A stretch of DNA of 64,000 nt, taken from positions 1-64,000 of the forward strand of contig JBEKVV010000005.1 in NCBI GenBank assembly GCA_049513715.1, written 5' to 3'. Below, piece after piece: positions 38,300-48,869 of the stretch (its first letter is position 1; every line of letters starts with the position of its first letter). The position numbers were made by a program, and so were the translations under genes. The DNA is from Candidatus Bathyarchaeia archaeon (lineage in GTDB: Archaea > Thermoproteota > Bathyarchaeia > 40CM-2-53-6). A model generated the notes under the pieces. That model worked only from the letters and a program-made list of their open reading frames with translations, did not search any database and had not been told where the DNA came from.

Positions 38300-39640
38300 A
38301 TGAGCGCGCTGGAAGGCCTCGGCAAGTCACTTAACGACGCAGTGAAGAAGCTTCTTCGCCTAGCTGTCGTCGATGAGAAAGCAGTTAAGGAACTAGTTCG
38401 GGATCTCCAACGAGCTCTCCTCCAATCTGACGTAAACGTCAACTTGGTTCTGCAGATCTCACAGGCAGTGGAGAAGAGGTCTCTTGAGGAGAAGCTGCCC
38501 CCTGGCATTTCTAGGCGTGAACACGTCGTTAAGGTTCTCTATGAAGAGCTTACTCGGTTTCTTGGCGAAGAACCCGCCAAGCTCGTAATAACACCTGGAG
38601 AACGCCACGTCATAATGCTGGTTGGAATTCAGGGGACCGGAAAGACCACAGCGTCCGTTAAGTTGGCGCGATTTCACCAAAAGCGAGGCGTGCGCCCTGC
38701 AATCATCTGCGCAGACACCTACCGCCCCGGAGCCTTCGAGCAACTCAAACAACTGGCGGATAGAGTGAACGTTCCAGTTTACGGTGAACCAACATCAAAG
38801 GACCCTTTGAGAATTGTGCGCAAAGGAATGGAAGAGTTCACCGATAAGAAACACGACCTGATCATTGTGGACACTGCTGGCAGGCACAAAGACGAGAGCG
38901 AACTCATGTCGGAAATGAAAGACTTGGCCAAACAAATCGAGCCTGATGAAATAATCCTTGCAATTGACGCATCCATCGGCCAAGCTGCTATGTCACAGGC
39001 TACAGCCTTCAACGAAGCCACGAAAATCGGGTCGATCCTTGTAACAAAGCTTGACGGAACAGCCAAGGGAGGGGGGGCTCTCTCAGCCGTAGCAGCAACT
39101 CACGCAAAGATCAAGTTCGCTGGAACCGGAGAAAAAATCGACGACTTGGAGCAATTCATCCCCTCAAGCTTCGTGGGACGCATGCTGGGAATGGGGGACA
39201 TCAAAGCACTCGTGGATCGGGTCCGCGAGGCAGAAATTGTCGTCCCACAAAAAAAGGTCAAGGCGTTCATGGAGGGAAAGTTCAGCCTCAAGGACATGTA
39301 CGACCAAATGGTCGCCGTCCGAAAAATGGGCCCCCTGAAGAAATTGATGGGAATGGTGCCAGGAGGCATGAACGTTCCGGATGATGCTATGGAAACAGCT
39401 GAAAGGAAACTGGATTCCTGGCGAGTAATCATTCAATCCATGACGAAAGAGGAAGTTGAAGATCCCAAGCTGGTCGACTCATCTAGGGCAAGGAGAATTG
39501 CACGAGGGTCGGGAACATCGGACAAGCAAGTGAAGGAGTTGATCAATCAATATTTCATGATGAAGAAGATGATGAAGAGCATGAAACGGCGGGGAGGCGC
39601 TCTTGGAAGGAGAGGCATGCCTTTCCCGATGCGACCATAA
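38300..39640 (+). CDS. srp54: signal recognition particle protein SRP54
   Basis: GIQGTGKTT, DTAGR, TKLDGTAKGGG, Met-rich M domain. Confidence 0.97.
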   Translation: MSALEGLGKSLNDAVKKLLRLAVVDEKAVKELVRDLQRALLQSDVNVNLVLQISQAVEKRSLEEKLPPGISRREHVVKVLYEELTRFLGEEPAKLVITPGERHVIMLVGIQGTGKTTASVKLARFHQKRGVRPAIICADTYRPGAFEQLKQLADRVNVPVYGEPTSKDPLRIVRKGMEEFTDKKHDLIIVDTAGRHKDESELMSEMKDLAKQIEPDEIILAIDASIGQAAMSQATAFNEATKIGSILVTKLDGTAKGGGALSAVAATHAKIKFAGTGEKIDDLEQFIPSSFVGRMLGMGDIKALVDRVREAEIVVPQKKVKAFMEGKFSLKDMYDQMVAVRKMGPLKKLMGMVPGGMNVPDDAMETAERKLDSWRVIIQSMTKEEVEDPKLVDSSRARRIARGSGTSDKQVKELINQYFMMKKMMKSMKRRGGALGRRGMPFPMRP

Positions 39641-39807
39641 CTCAACATCTAGTCGCCCGGATCGACCATCAATCCGACCCGGGTGTCGGTGGAATTCCTC
39701 TGTTCGCAACGCCGGGAAGCGAATAAGAAACATTGTGGGAAGCGCCCAGCCAAGAAGGTTAATTAGCGCGCCTCTTAGTCTGGTAGCGAAATTCAAGGTC
39801 GTCATCA

Positions 39808-40101
39808 ATGAGACGCTCCAAGGGCTTCCGTTCAAGGACGAGAAACCTTCTCCGGAAGAAGCCTCGCGAAAGAGGCAAGATCGGATTGAGTAGGATTCTT
39901 CGAGTATACCAACCCGGGGAGAAGGTCACAATCATACTTGAGCCATCAGTTCACAAAGGCATGCCCCATAGACGTTACCATGGAAGGGTAGGTGTAATTC
40001 ATGCCAAGAGAGGCAGGTCCTACGTGATCCATGTAGCGATGAGCCATCAAATAATCAAACAAATCATCGCACGGCCCGAACACATCACGCCCGCTCACTG
40101 A
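39808..40101 (+). CDS. rpl21e: 50S ribosomal protein L21e
   Basis: SKGFRSRTR, KGMPHRRYHG, RPEH. Confidence 0.96.
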   Translation: MRRSKGFRSRTRNLLRKKPRERGKIGLSRILRVYQPGEKVTIILEPSVHKGMPHRRYHGRVGVIHAKRGRSYVIHVAMSHQIIKQIIARPEHITPAH

Positions 40102-40110
40102 GTGAACCTC

Positions 40111-40446
40111 ATGCCGCGGAAGATAGTGGATTCAAGACCTGCAACGACAGCAGAAGCCAAGAAAACTTTAGAGAAAGCTAAGGAGGATGAGCTCGGTGAG
40201 TTCCAGAGACGAACGCTTGACTACGCTTCGAAGTTCGCCAAGATTTCTCCAGCTAAGGCTGAGAAGCTCGCTCGGGAGCTGTCTGATAAGTTCCAACTTG
40301 ACCGGAAGGATTCGATTCAGATCGTGAATACAATGCCGCGGTACGTAGAGGAATTGCGCACTATTCTAACCGTGAAAGGTCGTATCATTATCGGAACGCA
40401 GCTAGAGGATATTCTGAAAATGCTCAATGGCTACAGGGAAGACTAG
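40111..40446 (+). CDS. rpoF: RNA polymerase subunit F (Rpo4)
   Basis: FQRRTLDY..KF, IVNTMP...ELRTIL; follows rpl21e. Confidence 0.88.
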   Translation: MPRKIVDSRPATTAEAKKTLEKAKEDELGEFQRRTLDYASKFAKISPAKAEKLARELSDKFQLDRKDSIQIVNTMPRYVEELRTILTVKGRIIIGTQLEDILKMLNGYRED

Positions 40447-40646
40447 GCCGCAGCCGTAGTTTGAGAACCGAATACAGGAAGGCTTTTTTCCCTGCAAATC
40501 CACCTCATTACTAGTGGATGCGATCGACCTTGCGCAATTTCGGCCGCAACACAAAGAAAATGGCAAATGAAGAAAACGGGCCAATTCGAATCTTCTCGCT
40601 TTAGTGCGACCTGAGCTGATACCCTCAATTTCTGGAGACAATTAAG

Positions 40647-41306
40647 TTGAGTCAGAATAGGGAAAGTTCACCGGTTAAGAGTGGCCCTAGCATGTCCGAA
40701 TCGCAACGGTTTAGGCCGGCAGCAGCAGGGAACGCGGCTGAAGGCCTACCACCCCGCTTATACGAGGAGTACGCGTACGTACTCGACTACCTGCAATTCG
40801 GCAGGCCAGCAACCGATAAGCCTAGGCACCTCGCTCTTCCCACGGTACAAATGCTTGGCGAGAGCTACCTCACATTGCTCGAAGCTGAAGTCCGGGCTGG
40901 AGCACAAGCGGCGTTCCACGAAAGAGTCTACATTGGAAAAGACCGACGCGAGAAAATCAACCGCATCATTGGAAGAATCGGCTACACCGACCTAACAGCA
41001 AACGCGAAGGCGGAACTACTTCCAGTGCTTGAGAAGCTAATCACCAACCAGGAAGGACGTTTCGTTTCATTCTTCAACAACTCTCAAGCCATAACACCAC
41101 GGATGCACTCATTGGAACTTTTGCCAGGAATTGGAAAGAAGTCGATGTGGCAGATCATCAATGCCCGTGAAAAGAAACCGTTCACGTCATTCAAGGACAT
41201 TCATGATAGGAGCAGCATAGGCGACCCTACAAAAGTCATCGCGAAAAGAATACTGGATGAATTGATCGGTGGAGAAAAATACCGTATTTTCTCGCGAGCA
41301 CTATAA
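40647..41306 (+). CDS. DUF655 nucleic-acid-binding protein (start possibly 40692)
   Basis: EEYAYVLDY, FFN...ITPRMHSLELLPGIGKK. Confidence 0.9.
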   Translation: MSQNRESSPVKSGPSMSESQRFRPAAAGNAAEGLPPRLYEEYAYVLDYLQFGRPATDKPRHLALPTVQMLGESYLTLLEAEVRAGAQAAFHERVYIGKDRREKINRIIGRIGYTDLTANAKAELLPVLEKLITNQEGRFVSFFNNSQAITPRMHSLELLPGIGKKSMWQIINAREKKPFTSFKDIHDRSSIGDPTKVIAKRILDELIGGEKYRIFSRAL

Positions 41307-41345
41307 CAAAACCTTCACCGATGTTGCCAGAAGAGAGCTACCGGT

Positions 41346-42446
41346 TTGCCTACAAGGGTAATCATGCACGTTGACCTAGACTACTTCTACGCGCAATGCG
41401 AGGAAAACGCGAACCCAAGCTTACGCGGCAAACCCGTTGTAGTGTGCGTGTACTCCGGCCGAACCGAAGAGAGCGGCGCAGTTAGCACATGCAACTACGA
41501 GGCGCGAAAATTCGGAGTCCACGCGGGAATCCCAATAATCCAAGCAAAGAGACTTTTAGAAAGAACAGATGCAACTTTCCTTCCGATGAACCGGCCGCTT
41601 TACGATGAAGTGTCTCACAAGATCATGGAGGTATTGAGAACACAGGGTGATTCCTTCGAAAAGACGGGTATAGACGAAGCCTACCTAGATATGACCGTCA
41701 GAACGGATGGTGACTTCGAGGAAGCAAGAAATCTAGCGGGCGAAATCAAAGGCCTAATCTTTCAACAAGAGCACGTCACATGCTCCATCGGTGTAGCCCC
41801 GAACAAAGTAATCGCCAAAATAGCATCCGACCACCAGAAACCCAATGGCCTCACAATAGTAATGCGTGACGTAGTCAACGGCTTTCTCGCACGACTCCCC
41901 GTAGGCAAGATCCCCGGGGTCGGGAAGAAAGCGGAAAGAAAAATGGAAGAATTACATATCACAACCATAAGTGAACTAGCTACCCTCAGTCCGAGTATTT
42001 TGGTTGAGGCTTTCGGTAAGAACCTCGGAGGATACCTGTACCATGTTGCCCGGGGAGAGGATGACGACCCTGTCCAAGAACGAGAGCAACCAACCCAGTT
42101 CAGCCGTATAGCCACACTGAAAAAGAATACCCGCGAGCCTGAAGAAATCATGCTGATGCTTAACGAACTAGCTAACTCTGTTGCGGCCAAACTGAATGAA
42201 AGGAAAATGTTGTGCAAGTCAGTGAGCGTGATCGCAATCTTGGAAGACTTGAGCATTCACAGCAAATCCAAAACGTTCGAATCTGGGACAGCCGACGTGA
42301 GTGTCATCAAGCAGTCATCAAGGGACCTCGTTCAACAATTCCTGCAATCGATGCCCGGCGCTGTGCTTCGCCGAGTAGGGGTTAAAGTGTCGATGCTCTC
42401 AAGGCTGACTGGTCAGACGGACATCTCCAAATTTCTAATGGGATAG
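41346..42446 (+). CDS. dinB: Y-family DNA polymerase IV (Dpo4/DinB)
   Basis: HVDLDYFYAQ, NYEARKFGV, IDEAYLD, KPNG. Confidence 0.95.
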   Translation: MPTRVIMHVDLDYFYAQCEENANPSLRGKPVVVCVYSGRTEESGAVSTCNYEARKFGVHAGIPIIQAKRLLERTDATFLPMNRPLYDEVSHKIMEVLRTQGDSFEKTGIDEAYLDMTVRTDGDFEEARNLAGEIKGLIFQQEHVTCSIGVAPNKVIAKIASDHQKPNGLTIVMRDVVNGFLARLPVGKIPGVGKKAERKMEELHITTISELATLSPSILVEAFGKNLGGYLYHVARGEDDDPVQEREQPTQFSRIATLKKNTREPEEIMLMLNELANSVAAKLNERKMLCKSVSVIAILEDLSIHSKSKTFESGTADVSVIKQSSRDLVQQFLQSMPGAVLRRVGVKVSMLSRLTGQTDISKFLMG

Positions 42447-42492
42447 AGGCTAGAGGTAACTGAGTGATTGGATTTCCAAGGGGGGCTGACTA

Positions 42493-43299
42493 ATGGGATG
42501 GGTTCGCCGCGAACTTGATGCGTTGAGCATTCCGCCGTTGAAGAGGTTTGGTCAACACTTTCTCATAGACAAGAAAGTTCGCGAGAACCTAGTCCAACTC
42601 GCCGGCCTGACACCTCAAGACACTGTGCTTGAGGTGGGACCGGGATTGGGGTTCTTGACTGCCGCGCTTGTCACGAAGGCTAGTCGGCTAATTGCAGTTG
42701 AAAAGGACCGAACGCTAGCGGGGTATCTGACAACAAAATTCGCCTCGAACACCAATCTGACCGTAACAGAAGGCGACGTCCTGAAGATCGAGCTGCCAGA
42801 TTTCACGAAAGTCGTTTCTAGCCCCCCCTACAACATATCATCAAAGCTGATACTCCTATTGCTGAACAGCCGGTTCAAACGAGCGGTTCTACTGCTCCAA
42901 CAGGAATTCGTTGGAAGGCTAATGGCTCCGAGTGGTACTCGGGAGTACGGAAGGCTCACAGTAATGTTCCAGAGCAGAGCTCAGGCCACAGCTGCCTCAA
43001 GAGTCCCTTCGTCAGCGTTCTTTCCAAGACCACGCGTCGAATCAACCATCGCAATAATCGAGCCCAAAGCAAACCCACCAGAAATACACAACATGACCGT
43101 CTTTACTGACTTGGTTCGCGCCCTATTCACGCAGCGACGTCGCAAGTTGAGGGGCGTTCTGATCAGATATCTCAAGTACAAATACACAGAACTACCCTTA
43201 CTGCACGAACAAGCTCCACTGATGGAAAAACGCGTGTTTGAGTTAAGCCCTGAAGAGCTGGCGGACTTGTCCAACCAAATAACCGACAAAGTGTCCTAG
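42493..43299 (+). CDS. rsmA: 16S rRNA dimethyladenosine transferase
   Basis: FGQHFL, EVGPGLG, PPYNIS, FFPRPRVES. Confidence 0.95.
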   Translation: MGWVRRELDALSIPPLKRFGQHFLIDKKVRENLVQLAGLTPQDTVLEVGPGLGFLTAALVTKASRLIAVEKDRTLAGYLTTKFASNTNLTVTEGDVLKIELPDFTKVVSSPPYNISSKLILLLLNSRFKRAVLLLQQEFVGRLMAPSGTREYGRLTVMFQSRAQATAASRVPSSAFFPRPRVESTIAIIEPKANPPEIHNMTVFTDLVRALFTQRRRKLRGVLIRYLKYKYTELPLLHEQAPLMEKRVFELSPEELADLSNQITDKVS

Positions 43300-43311
43300 A
43301 GTATCGAGGAA

Positions 43312-44013
43312 GTGGTTCAATTGCCTGTTCGAGTAATCCTGTTACAGCCAGAAAAAGCGGGGAATATTGGGGCAGTATCTCGCTCCATGAAGAACTTCGG
43401 CCTCGACGACCTGTGGATCGTAGACCCGAAAGCACCACTTGATGGTGAGGCGAGGGCCTACGCGATGGGGGGACTCACAGTCCTTTCCTCAGCCAAGACT
43501 GTCAAAGTCCTGGATGACGCACTCAAAGGAGTTGACGTAGTCGTGGGAACAAGCTCAGTTACGGCGAAGAGCCCCACAAATCTCTCACGGATCTCGATCA
43601 CAGCAGAGCAATTGGCGAAGAAAATCGTCTTGGCCAAAGGAACAGTGGGAATAGTATTCGGCAGGGAGAGTTCAGGGCTAAGTAACGAAGAAGTGGAAGA
43701 ATGCGACTTCATGGCCAACATTCCCGCGAACCGTGAGTATAATGTCCTGAACATCGCAACTGCTGCGTCTATTGTCTTCTATGAGATCTTTCAGAGAAGG
43801 AGGGTAGGAAAAATGGAGCTCGCCTCGACCACAGAAAGGAAGAGGCTCCTGAAGCAGTTCGACCAATTAGCCAAACTTTGCAATGTTCAACCACATAAGC
43901 GCAGGCTGGCCCAACGGGCTTTCCGTAACGTAATCTCTCGTTCCTTCATAGCAAGGCGTGAGGCATCTCTGATCCTTGGGGTGCTCAGAAAGGCATCGTC
44001 GAAGTTGATGTAA
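43312..44013 (+). CDS. trmJ: SPOUT tRNA (C32/U32) 2'-O-methyltransferase, TrmJ family
   Basis: GNIGAVSRSMKNFG, VFGRESSGLSNEE, LNIA. Confidence 0.88.
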   Translation: MVQLPVRVILLQPEKAGNIGAVSRSMKNFGLDDLWIVDPKAPLDGEARAYAMGGLTVLSSAKTVKVLDDALKGVDVVVGTSSVTAKSPTNLSRISITAEQLAKKIVLAKGTVGIVFGRESSGLSNEEVEECDFMANIPANREYNVLNIATAASIVFYEIFQRRRVGKMELASTTERKRLLKQFDQLAKLCNVQPHKRRLAQRAFRNVISRSFIARREASLILGVLRKASSKLM

Positions 44014-44067
44014 ACTTAAGTAACACTCAGTGCAATCACGCTAAACTCGCCGAGAGGAACATGTAAC

Positions 44068-44586
44068 ATGAAGGGTAGAAATTACAGGCAGATCAAAGGT
44101 CAACCCTACACTAGGTTGAAGTACATTCATGGTACCCCTCCGCCCAAGATTTCGAAGTTCATGATGGGCGACCTCAAGGCCAAATTTGAATACAAACTCT
44201 CCCTTGTGGCACAGAGTCCAGTCCAGATAAGACACAATGCACTCGAGGCAGCGAGAGTTGCAGCCAACAAAGTCATGTTCGACAAGTTGGGGGAGACAGG
44301 CTACAAGATTCACCTTCGAGTCTACCCTCACGTCATACTTCGAGAGAACCGCATGATCGCGACGGCAGGCGCGGACAGGTTGCAGGAAGGAATGCGCAGG
44401 GCCTTCGGCAAACCAACCGGAAGAGCTGCAAGAGTGAAGTACGGGCAGTCGATTCTGGATGTCTACGTTAACGGCAACGCAATTGACACCGCGAAAGCAG
44501 CCCTACACGTCAGTTCAACCAAAATCTCCGTCGCATGCATCGTTACTCAAGAGAGCCTACTCGCTCCTCAAGTCCAAGCAGCCTAA
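44068..44586 (+). CDS. rpl10e: 50S ribosomal protein L10e (uL16)
   Basis: QIRHNALEAAR, AGADRLQEGMRRAFGKP. Confidence 0.97.
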   Translation: MKGRNYRQIKGQPYTRLKYIHGTPPPKISKFMMGDLKAKFEYKLSLVAQSPVQIRHNALEAARVAANKVMFDKLGETGYKIHLRVYPHVILRENRMIATAGADRLQEGMRRAFGKPTGRAARVKYGQSILDVYVNGNAIDTAKAALHVSSTKISVACIVTQESLLAPQVQAA

Positions 44587-44724
44587 AGAAACAGACTCGT
44601 CTACTGCCGGTTTCGCAGCACAGCGATCCTTTCTCCCACTGGTTCGCTAAGAAGCAGTCACTATGTCGCATGAGGGAAGGAACGGTTAAGTTGCTCTGTG
44701 GACCTGCTACAACATTGTCTGCCC

Positions 44725-45735
44725 ATGTTTCAATTGGAAAAAGATCGGATCGTCCAAGAAATTAGAAGACGCAGCCCGAAACGTATCCTCCTCCAAATGC
44801 CGGAGGGATTGAAACCCATAGGCTTTGAATTAGCTCAGACATTAGAGAAGGAGACTGGAGTGGAAGTTTTCGTTTCAGGTGACCCATGCTACGGCGCATG
44901 TGACCTCGCATTGTACCCCAAGAAGCATGTTGATGCGGACCTGCTCATTCATGTTGGGCATGCCGATATTCCGGGGGAGTTTCTGGACGAGCAGGTCTTG
45001 TACGTTGAAGCACGAGCCGACGAGCCCATTGAAGCCCCCATGCTTCAGGCTGTTCGGATGTTGGAGGCGGAACATCGGATCGGAGTTGCCTCGAATGTTC
45101 AGCACATACACCAAATCGATAAGGCAAGGAAGATTCTCGAAGATCATGGAAAGGAAACGGTCGTAGGCCGTCCGTCGGGTTGGCTCAAGTATCCGGGGCA
45201 AGTCCTGGGTTGCGACTACGGTAGTGTTCGCGCGATCGCAGACAAGGTCGACGCCATCCTACTGTTGAGCGGTGGAGACTTTCATGCTCTTGGAATTTCA
45301 TTAGCCACGGGCAAACGCACGATCGTCGTCGACCCGTTCCAGCAAATTGCACGGGATATTACGGAGGAGTGCCGGAAGCTTCTCCGCAAACGCTGGATAA
45401 GCATTACCCGGTTTAAAGAGGCTAGGAGAATTGGCATAATCGTCGGTTTGAAGAGTAGCCAGATGAACATTTCACTGGCACGTAGGTTGAAAGGTCTGCT
45501 TGAGGAAGGGGGCTATTCAACGATGCTGATTTGCGCGACCGAAGTAATCCCTGAGGCATTAGGTTCGTTCGTCGACTTGGAGGCCTATGTCGAGATTTCT
45601 TGCCCAAGAATAAGCACAGATGACCAAGAACGTTACAGAAAACCAATCTTGAACCCTGAGGAGGTTATGGTTGCTTTGGGTAAGAAGAAATGGGAGGATT
45701 ACACTCAGGGAATGACGCTAGAGGAGTGGCATTAG
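44725..45735 (+). CDS. dph2: diphthamide biosynthesis enzyme Dph2
   Basis: LQMPEGLK, CYGACD, GQVLGC, CPRI. Confidence 0.93.
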   Translation: MFQLEKDRIVQEIRRRSPKRILLQMPEGLKPIGFELAQTLEKETGVEVFVSGDPCYGACDLALYPKKHVDADLLIHVGHADIPGEFLDEQVLYVEARADEPIEAPMLQAVRMLEAEHRIGVASNVQHIHQIDKARKILEDHGKETVVGRPSGWLKYPGQVLGCDYGSVRAIADKVDAILLLSGGDFHALGISLATGKRTIVVDPFQQIARDITEECRKLLRKRWISITRFKEARRIGIIVGLKSSQMNISLARRLKGLLEEGGYSTMLICATEVIPEALGSFVDLEAYVEISCPRISTDDQERYRKPILNPEEVMVALGKKKWEDYTQGMTLEEWH

Positions 45736-45786
45736 AAAGCTACCCCACACCTGAACAACTCGCATACGATTAGGAAGAGGCTTAAC

Positions 45787-46413
45787 GTGCAACCCGGAAC
45801 AGTGCAAATCCGCAAACGCGAATTAGCCATTAGGCTTCAGCAAATCGAACCGCACCCAGAACCAAAGGTCTGGTTGGAGCAGTACACGATTCCTGCGGAC
45901 CTGGCGGCGGAGATACTGTTCGCCGCTTGCTACACTTATGGAGACATTGAACAGAAGAACGTTGGAGATCTCGGTTGTGGAACTGGAAGGCTCGGGTTGG
46001 GAGCTTCGATGCTCGGTGCGAAGTACGTGGTCGGTGTCGATTTGGACAGGCGAAGCGTGGCAATTGCATTGCAAAATACCAAGGCTTTTCGGTTGCAGGC
46101 GGACTGGATTCTGGGGGACATTGAAACCCTGCGCGGACATTTCGACACTGTTCTCATGAACCCGCCATTCGGCACCAAGCAACCTCATGCCGACATACGG
46201 TTTCTGGAAACTGGGATGAAACTGGGTTCAGTTGTTTACAGTATCCACAAATCGGCGACACGAGATTTCATTTCACGTTGGTTGCGCAGGCGTAACACCC
46301 TGCCAGAAATAGTCATTGCCACTAAGTTGGAGATCCCTCACCAGTTTGGATTTCATAGAAAGAAGAAAGCCAATGTGGATGTCGACGTAATCAGAAGCTC
46401 ACTAAATCGGTGA
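45787..46413 (+). CDS. METTL5-family RNA methyltransferase
   Basis: LEQY, DLGCGTG, MNPPFG, YSIHK. Confidence 0.9.
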   Translation: MQPGTVQIRKRELAIRLQQIEPHPEPKVWLEQYTIPADLAAEILFAACYTYGDIEQKNVGDLGCGTGRLGLGASMLGAKYVVGVDLDRRSVAIALQNTKAFRLQADWILGDIETLRGHFDTVLMNPPFGTKQPHADIRFLETGMKLGSVVYSIHKSATRDFISRWLRRRNTLPEIVIATKLEIPHQFGFHRKKKANVDVDVIRSSLNR

Positions 46414-46540
46414 CGCTACTGTCTCTGGCCTTATATACAGGGCTGCAATCTATCGCGTTCGAATCTACGATAATCGGGAAGACTTACCGAGGCTGACTTA
46501 ATCGGCCGAGGACCGAATAGGATAGGCAAAGTGCAGTAAG

Positions 46541-47113
46541 TTGAGCAAAACAACACGAGAAACAAATCAAGCAGTACTCCCCGGAGACAAGTTGGGAGTT
46601 ATAGAAGAGTTTCTGCCAGGCACGGGCACATACGAAACTGAGGGCACGATTTACGCTAACTACACGGGAAACGCTAAGATGGACATGAAGAACAAGCGTG
46701 TCACAGTCATCCCGACTACGAGAATCCCTCAACTGCCTAAGGAGGGAACGGAGGTTTTGGCCTCTGTTACGCATACGACAGAGAAGATGGCGACGGTCAG
46801 CATTTGGAAGATTGACGGTAAGATGTTACAGAACCCGTTCACTGCATTACTCCACATCTCAACATCAAGTCCGCGTTATGAGAGGAATATGTCCGACGTA
46901 TGCAAAGCGGGCGACCTCATCCGAGCCAGGGTCATTGACATGACGAATAGGGTTCCGCAGCTGACCACAGCAGGCCGCGGCTTGGGCGTTATCAAAGGAT
47001 TCTGCTCCAAGTGTGGAGGCGTCCTAGAGCTTGTCAACAGAAGGCTCGGGTGTCCTTCGTGCGGAAACTCGGAAAGAAGAAGACTCGCTGAGGATTATGG
47101 AAAGTTCACGTAA
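46541..47113 (+). CDS. csl4: exosome RNA-binding subunit Csl4
   Basis: VLPGDKLGVIEEF, GDLIRARV, Zn ribbon. Confidence 0.92.
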   Translation: MSKTTRETNQAVLPGDKLGVIEEFLPGTGTYETEGTIYANYTGNAKMDMKNKRVTVIPTTRIPQLPKEGTEVLASVTHTTEKMATVSIWKIDGKMLQNPFTALLHISTSSPRYERNMSDVCKAGDLIRARVIDMTNRVPQLTTAGRGLGVIKGFCSKCGGVLELVNRRLGCPSCGNSERRRLAEDYGKFT

Positions 47114-47125
47114 GGGTGATGGATT

Positions 47126-47410
47126 GTGGAAGTGAAAGTTCTCTCAAAATCAAAGAATGAACTAAGAATTGAGATCGTCGGGGAAGACCACACCTTCTGC
47201 AACCTGCTACAAAACGTGCTGCTGGAGGACAAGAATACCGAGATAGCTGGATACGACCAACCCCATCCCCTCATACGCTCGAGCATTGTCTACCTCAGAA
47301 CCAAACGTGAAGCATCACCAGAGAAGACATTGCTGAACGCCCTAACCAGCATTCAGCAATTAAATAAGGAGTTCAACGAAAAATTCTCTAAGGCCACCGG
47401 GCCTTCCTGA
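47126..47410 (+). CDS. rpoL: RNA polymerase subunit L (Rpo11)
   Basis: GEDHTFCNLL, AGY..PHP. Confidence 0.94.
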   Translation: MEVKVLSKSKNELRIEIVGEDHTFCNLLQNVLLEDKNTEIAGYDQPHPLIRSSIVYLRTKREASPEKTLLNALTSIQQLNKEFNEKFSKATGPS

Positions 47411-47781
47411 TGAACAACCCCGACGCGATCCGCCAAATCCTTCGGGACAAGCAACTTGCGAGCCTCGGAGACGCCCTCGTAAACCTCATCTACTCCCTAG
47501 CCCTGACAAAGGTCAGCGGTAGCCCCCACGGAATCAAAGTCAGCGACAGAATCCTAGCCGACGCCCTGAAACTAGCCGGGCTGAGGCAATACATGGGATC
47601 ACGAGTCACGAAGGAAGACATGGCGAATGCCGGCGAAGCCCTCCTAGCAGAAGCCTACCGCAGAAACGTTCTGACGATAGAGGAAGGCGTGAAAGTCCTA
47701 GCAGCAAACCCTGACGGACCGTTCGGAGGGCTCCTTGAACTGCTGAAATTAGCCGCTCAGCGCGTAAGCGACGACGCGTAG
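47410..47781 (+). CDS. archaeal ribonuclease III-like family protein
   Basis: LASLGDALVNLIYSLA...NAGEAL. Confidence 0.8.
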   Translation: MNNPDAIRQILRDKQLASLGDALVNLIYSLALTKVSGSPHGIKVSDRILADALKLAGLRQYMGSRVTKEDMANAGEALLAEAYRRNVLTIEEGVKVLAANPDGPFGGLLELLKLAAQRVSDDA

Positions 47782-47791
47782 GCGGTTCCAG

Positions 47792-48364
47792 TTGCTCAAG
47801 AAAGAGATCAGAATTCTCGGATTGAGCGCAGCACCAGAACGAAACGAGAAGACTCCTGTCGTCGGCGTCATCTTCAGAGGAAACCTGTGGCTTGATGGAG
47901 CATTCGCCTGCATATTGAAAAAGAGCCACCGGAACTGTGCCTCTGCTCTCGCAAAGACGATCATGCAAACCAAACAGTATTCGCAACTTCACGCAGTAAT
48001 TATGTCTAGCGAATACTCCACCAGACAGGAAGTGGATATAGTTGCTCTCGCAAACAAAATCAAATTGCCTGTAATAACCGTGGTCAGAGACGGCGGTGAA
48101 AAGCCCGGCAGAACAAGGAATTCCACGGGCTCCAAGAGAGCATCAAAGTTGAGGCCGTATACTTTCAAGATTGAAAACAACGCAGTGCACATTCAGGCTG
48201 CTGGCATAAACAGAGAGATGGCTCATGAGATTCTCAGAGTCAGCTGTCCTCGCGGTAGTCATGTTCCTGAAGCAGTGAGAGTAGCAAAGGTACTCGCAAA
48301 ACATGCATCATTAGTACAAGATGCAAGGAATCAGAATGGCGCTTGTCATTCTGCTGGAAGGTAA
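47792..48364 (+). CDS. DUF99 (endonuclease V-like) protein, apparently lacking catalytic Asp residues
   Basis: KKEIRILG, VVGVIFRG..WLDG, VPEAVRVA; synteny. Confidence 0.75.
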   Translation: MLKKEIRILGLSAAPERNEKTPVVGVIFRGNLWLDGAFACILKKSHRNCASALAKTIMQTKQYSQLHAVIMSSEYSTRQEVDIVALANKIKLPVITVVRDGGEKPGRTRNSTGSKRASKLRPYTFKIENNAVHIQAAGINREMAHEILRVSCPRGSHVPEAVRVAKVLAKHASLVQDARNQNGACHSAGR

Positions 48365-48421
48365 TGCGTCTCTTTTGTGGCTCGACACGCATGGCGTAAG
48401 CATCACGTACGGTTCGCTCTT

Positions 48422-48796
48422 TCAGTCGGTTAGGTACTGAGAGGCCAGTGATTGCATCGTTTCGGTGAGTGCACTCATGAACGGTCTTGTCACAGTAGGA
48501 CTGAAGCTCAGAACAACCACATAATTCTCCTTTGTGAAAAATACGAGAAGGACCTTTTCGTATCTCACAGTCACCGACTCCACTTTGCCAAGTAATGGTG
48601 TTAGTTTTTCGACAGCATCAAGAAGGATTGGAGGTATCAATTGGACGAAGTGGCGGTCATCCTCTTCCGGAGTGATGCTGGCAACGCCTTCCCTCATTCT
48701 CGAGACGAGGACATGGAACTGCCTATCAACAATTGCAACGTAGCGAATACGACTATCCATCCTGAACGTTTCTTCAGCGAACTTGTTGGCGTTCAT
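48422..48796 (-). CDS. roadblock/profilin-like fold small protein (DUF6659-like)
   Basis: DSRIRYVAIVD...MREG...LGKVESVTVRYEKV. Confidence 0.6.
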   Translation of the reverse strand: MNANKFAEETFRMDSRIRYVAIVDRQFHVLVSRMREGVASITPEEDDRHFVQLIPPILLDAVEKLTPLLGKVESVTVRYEKVLLVFFTKENYVVVLSFSPTVTRPFMSALTETMQSLASQYLTD

Positions 48797-48869
48797 ACCA
48801 ATCTGCCATGCCACTAGAGCGTCTCTTGTTGAAAAGATTTCACATTGCAGAACAAAGACCGACACACTG

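Noticed and set aside
39640..39800. SRP RNA next to srp54
   Set aside because: Too short and lacks recognisable helix 6/8 motifs.
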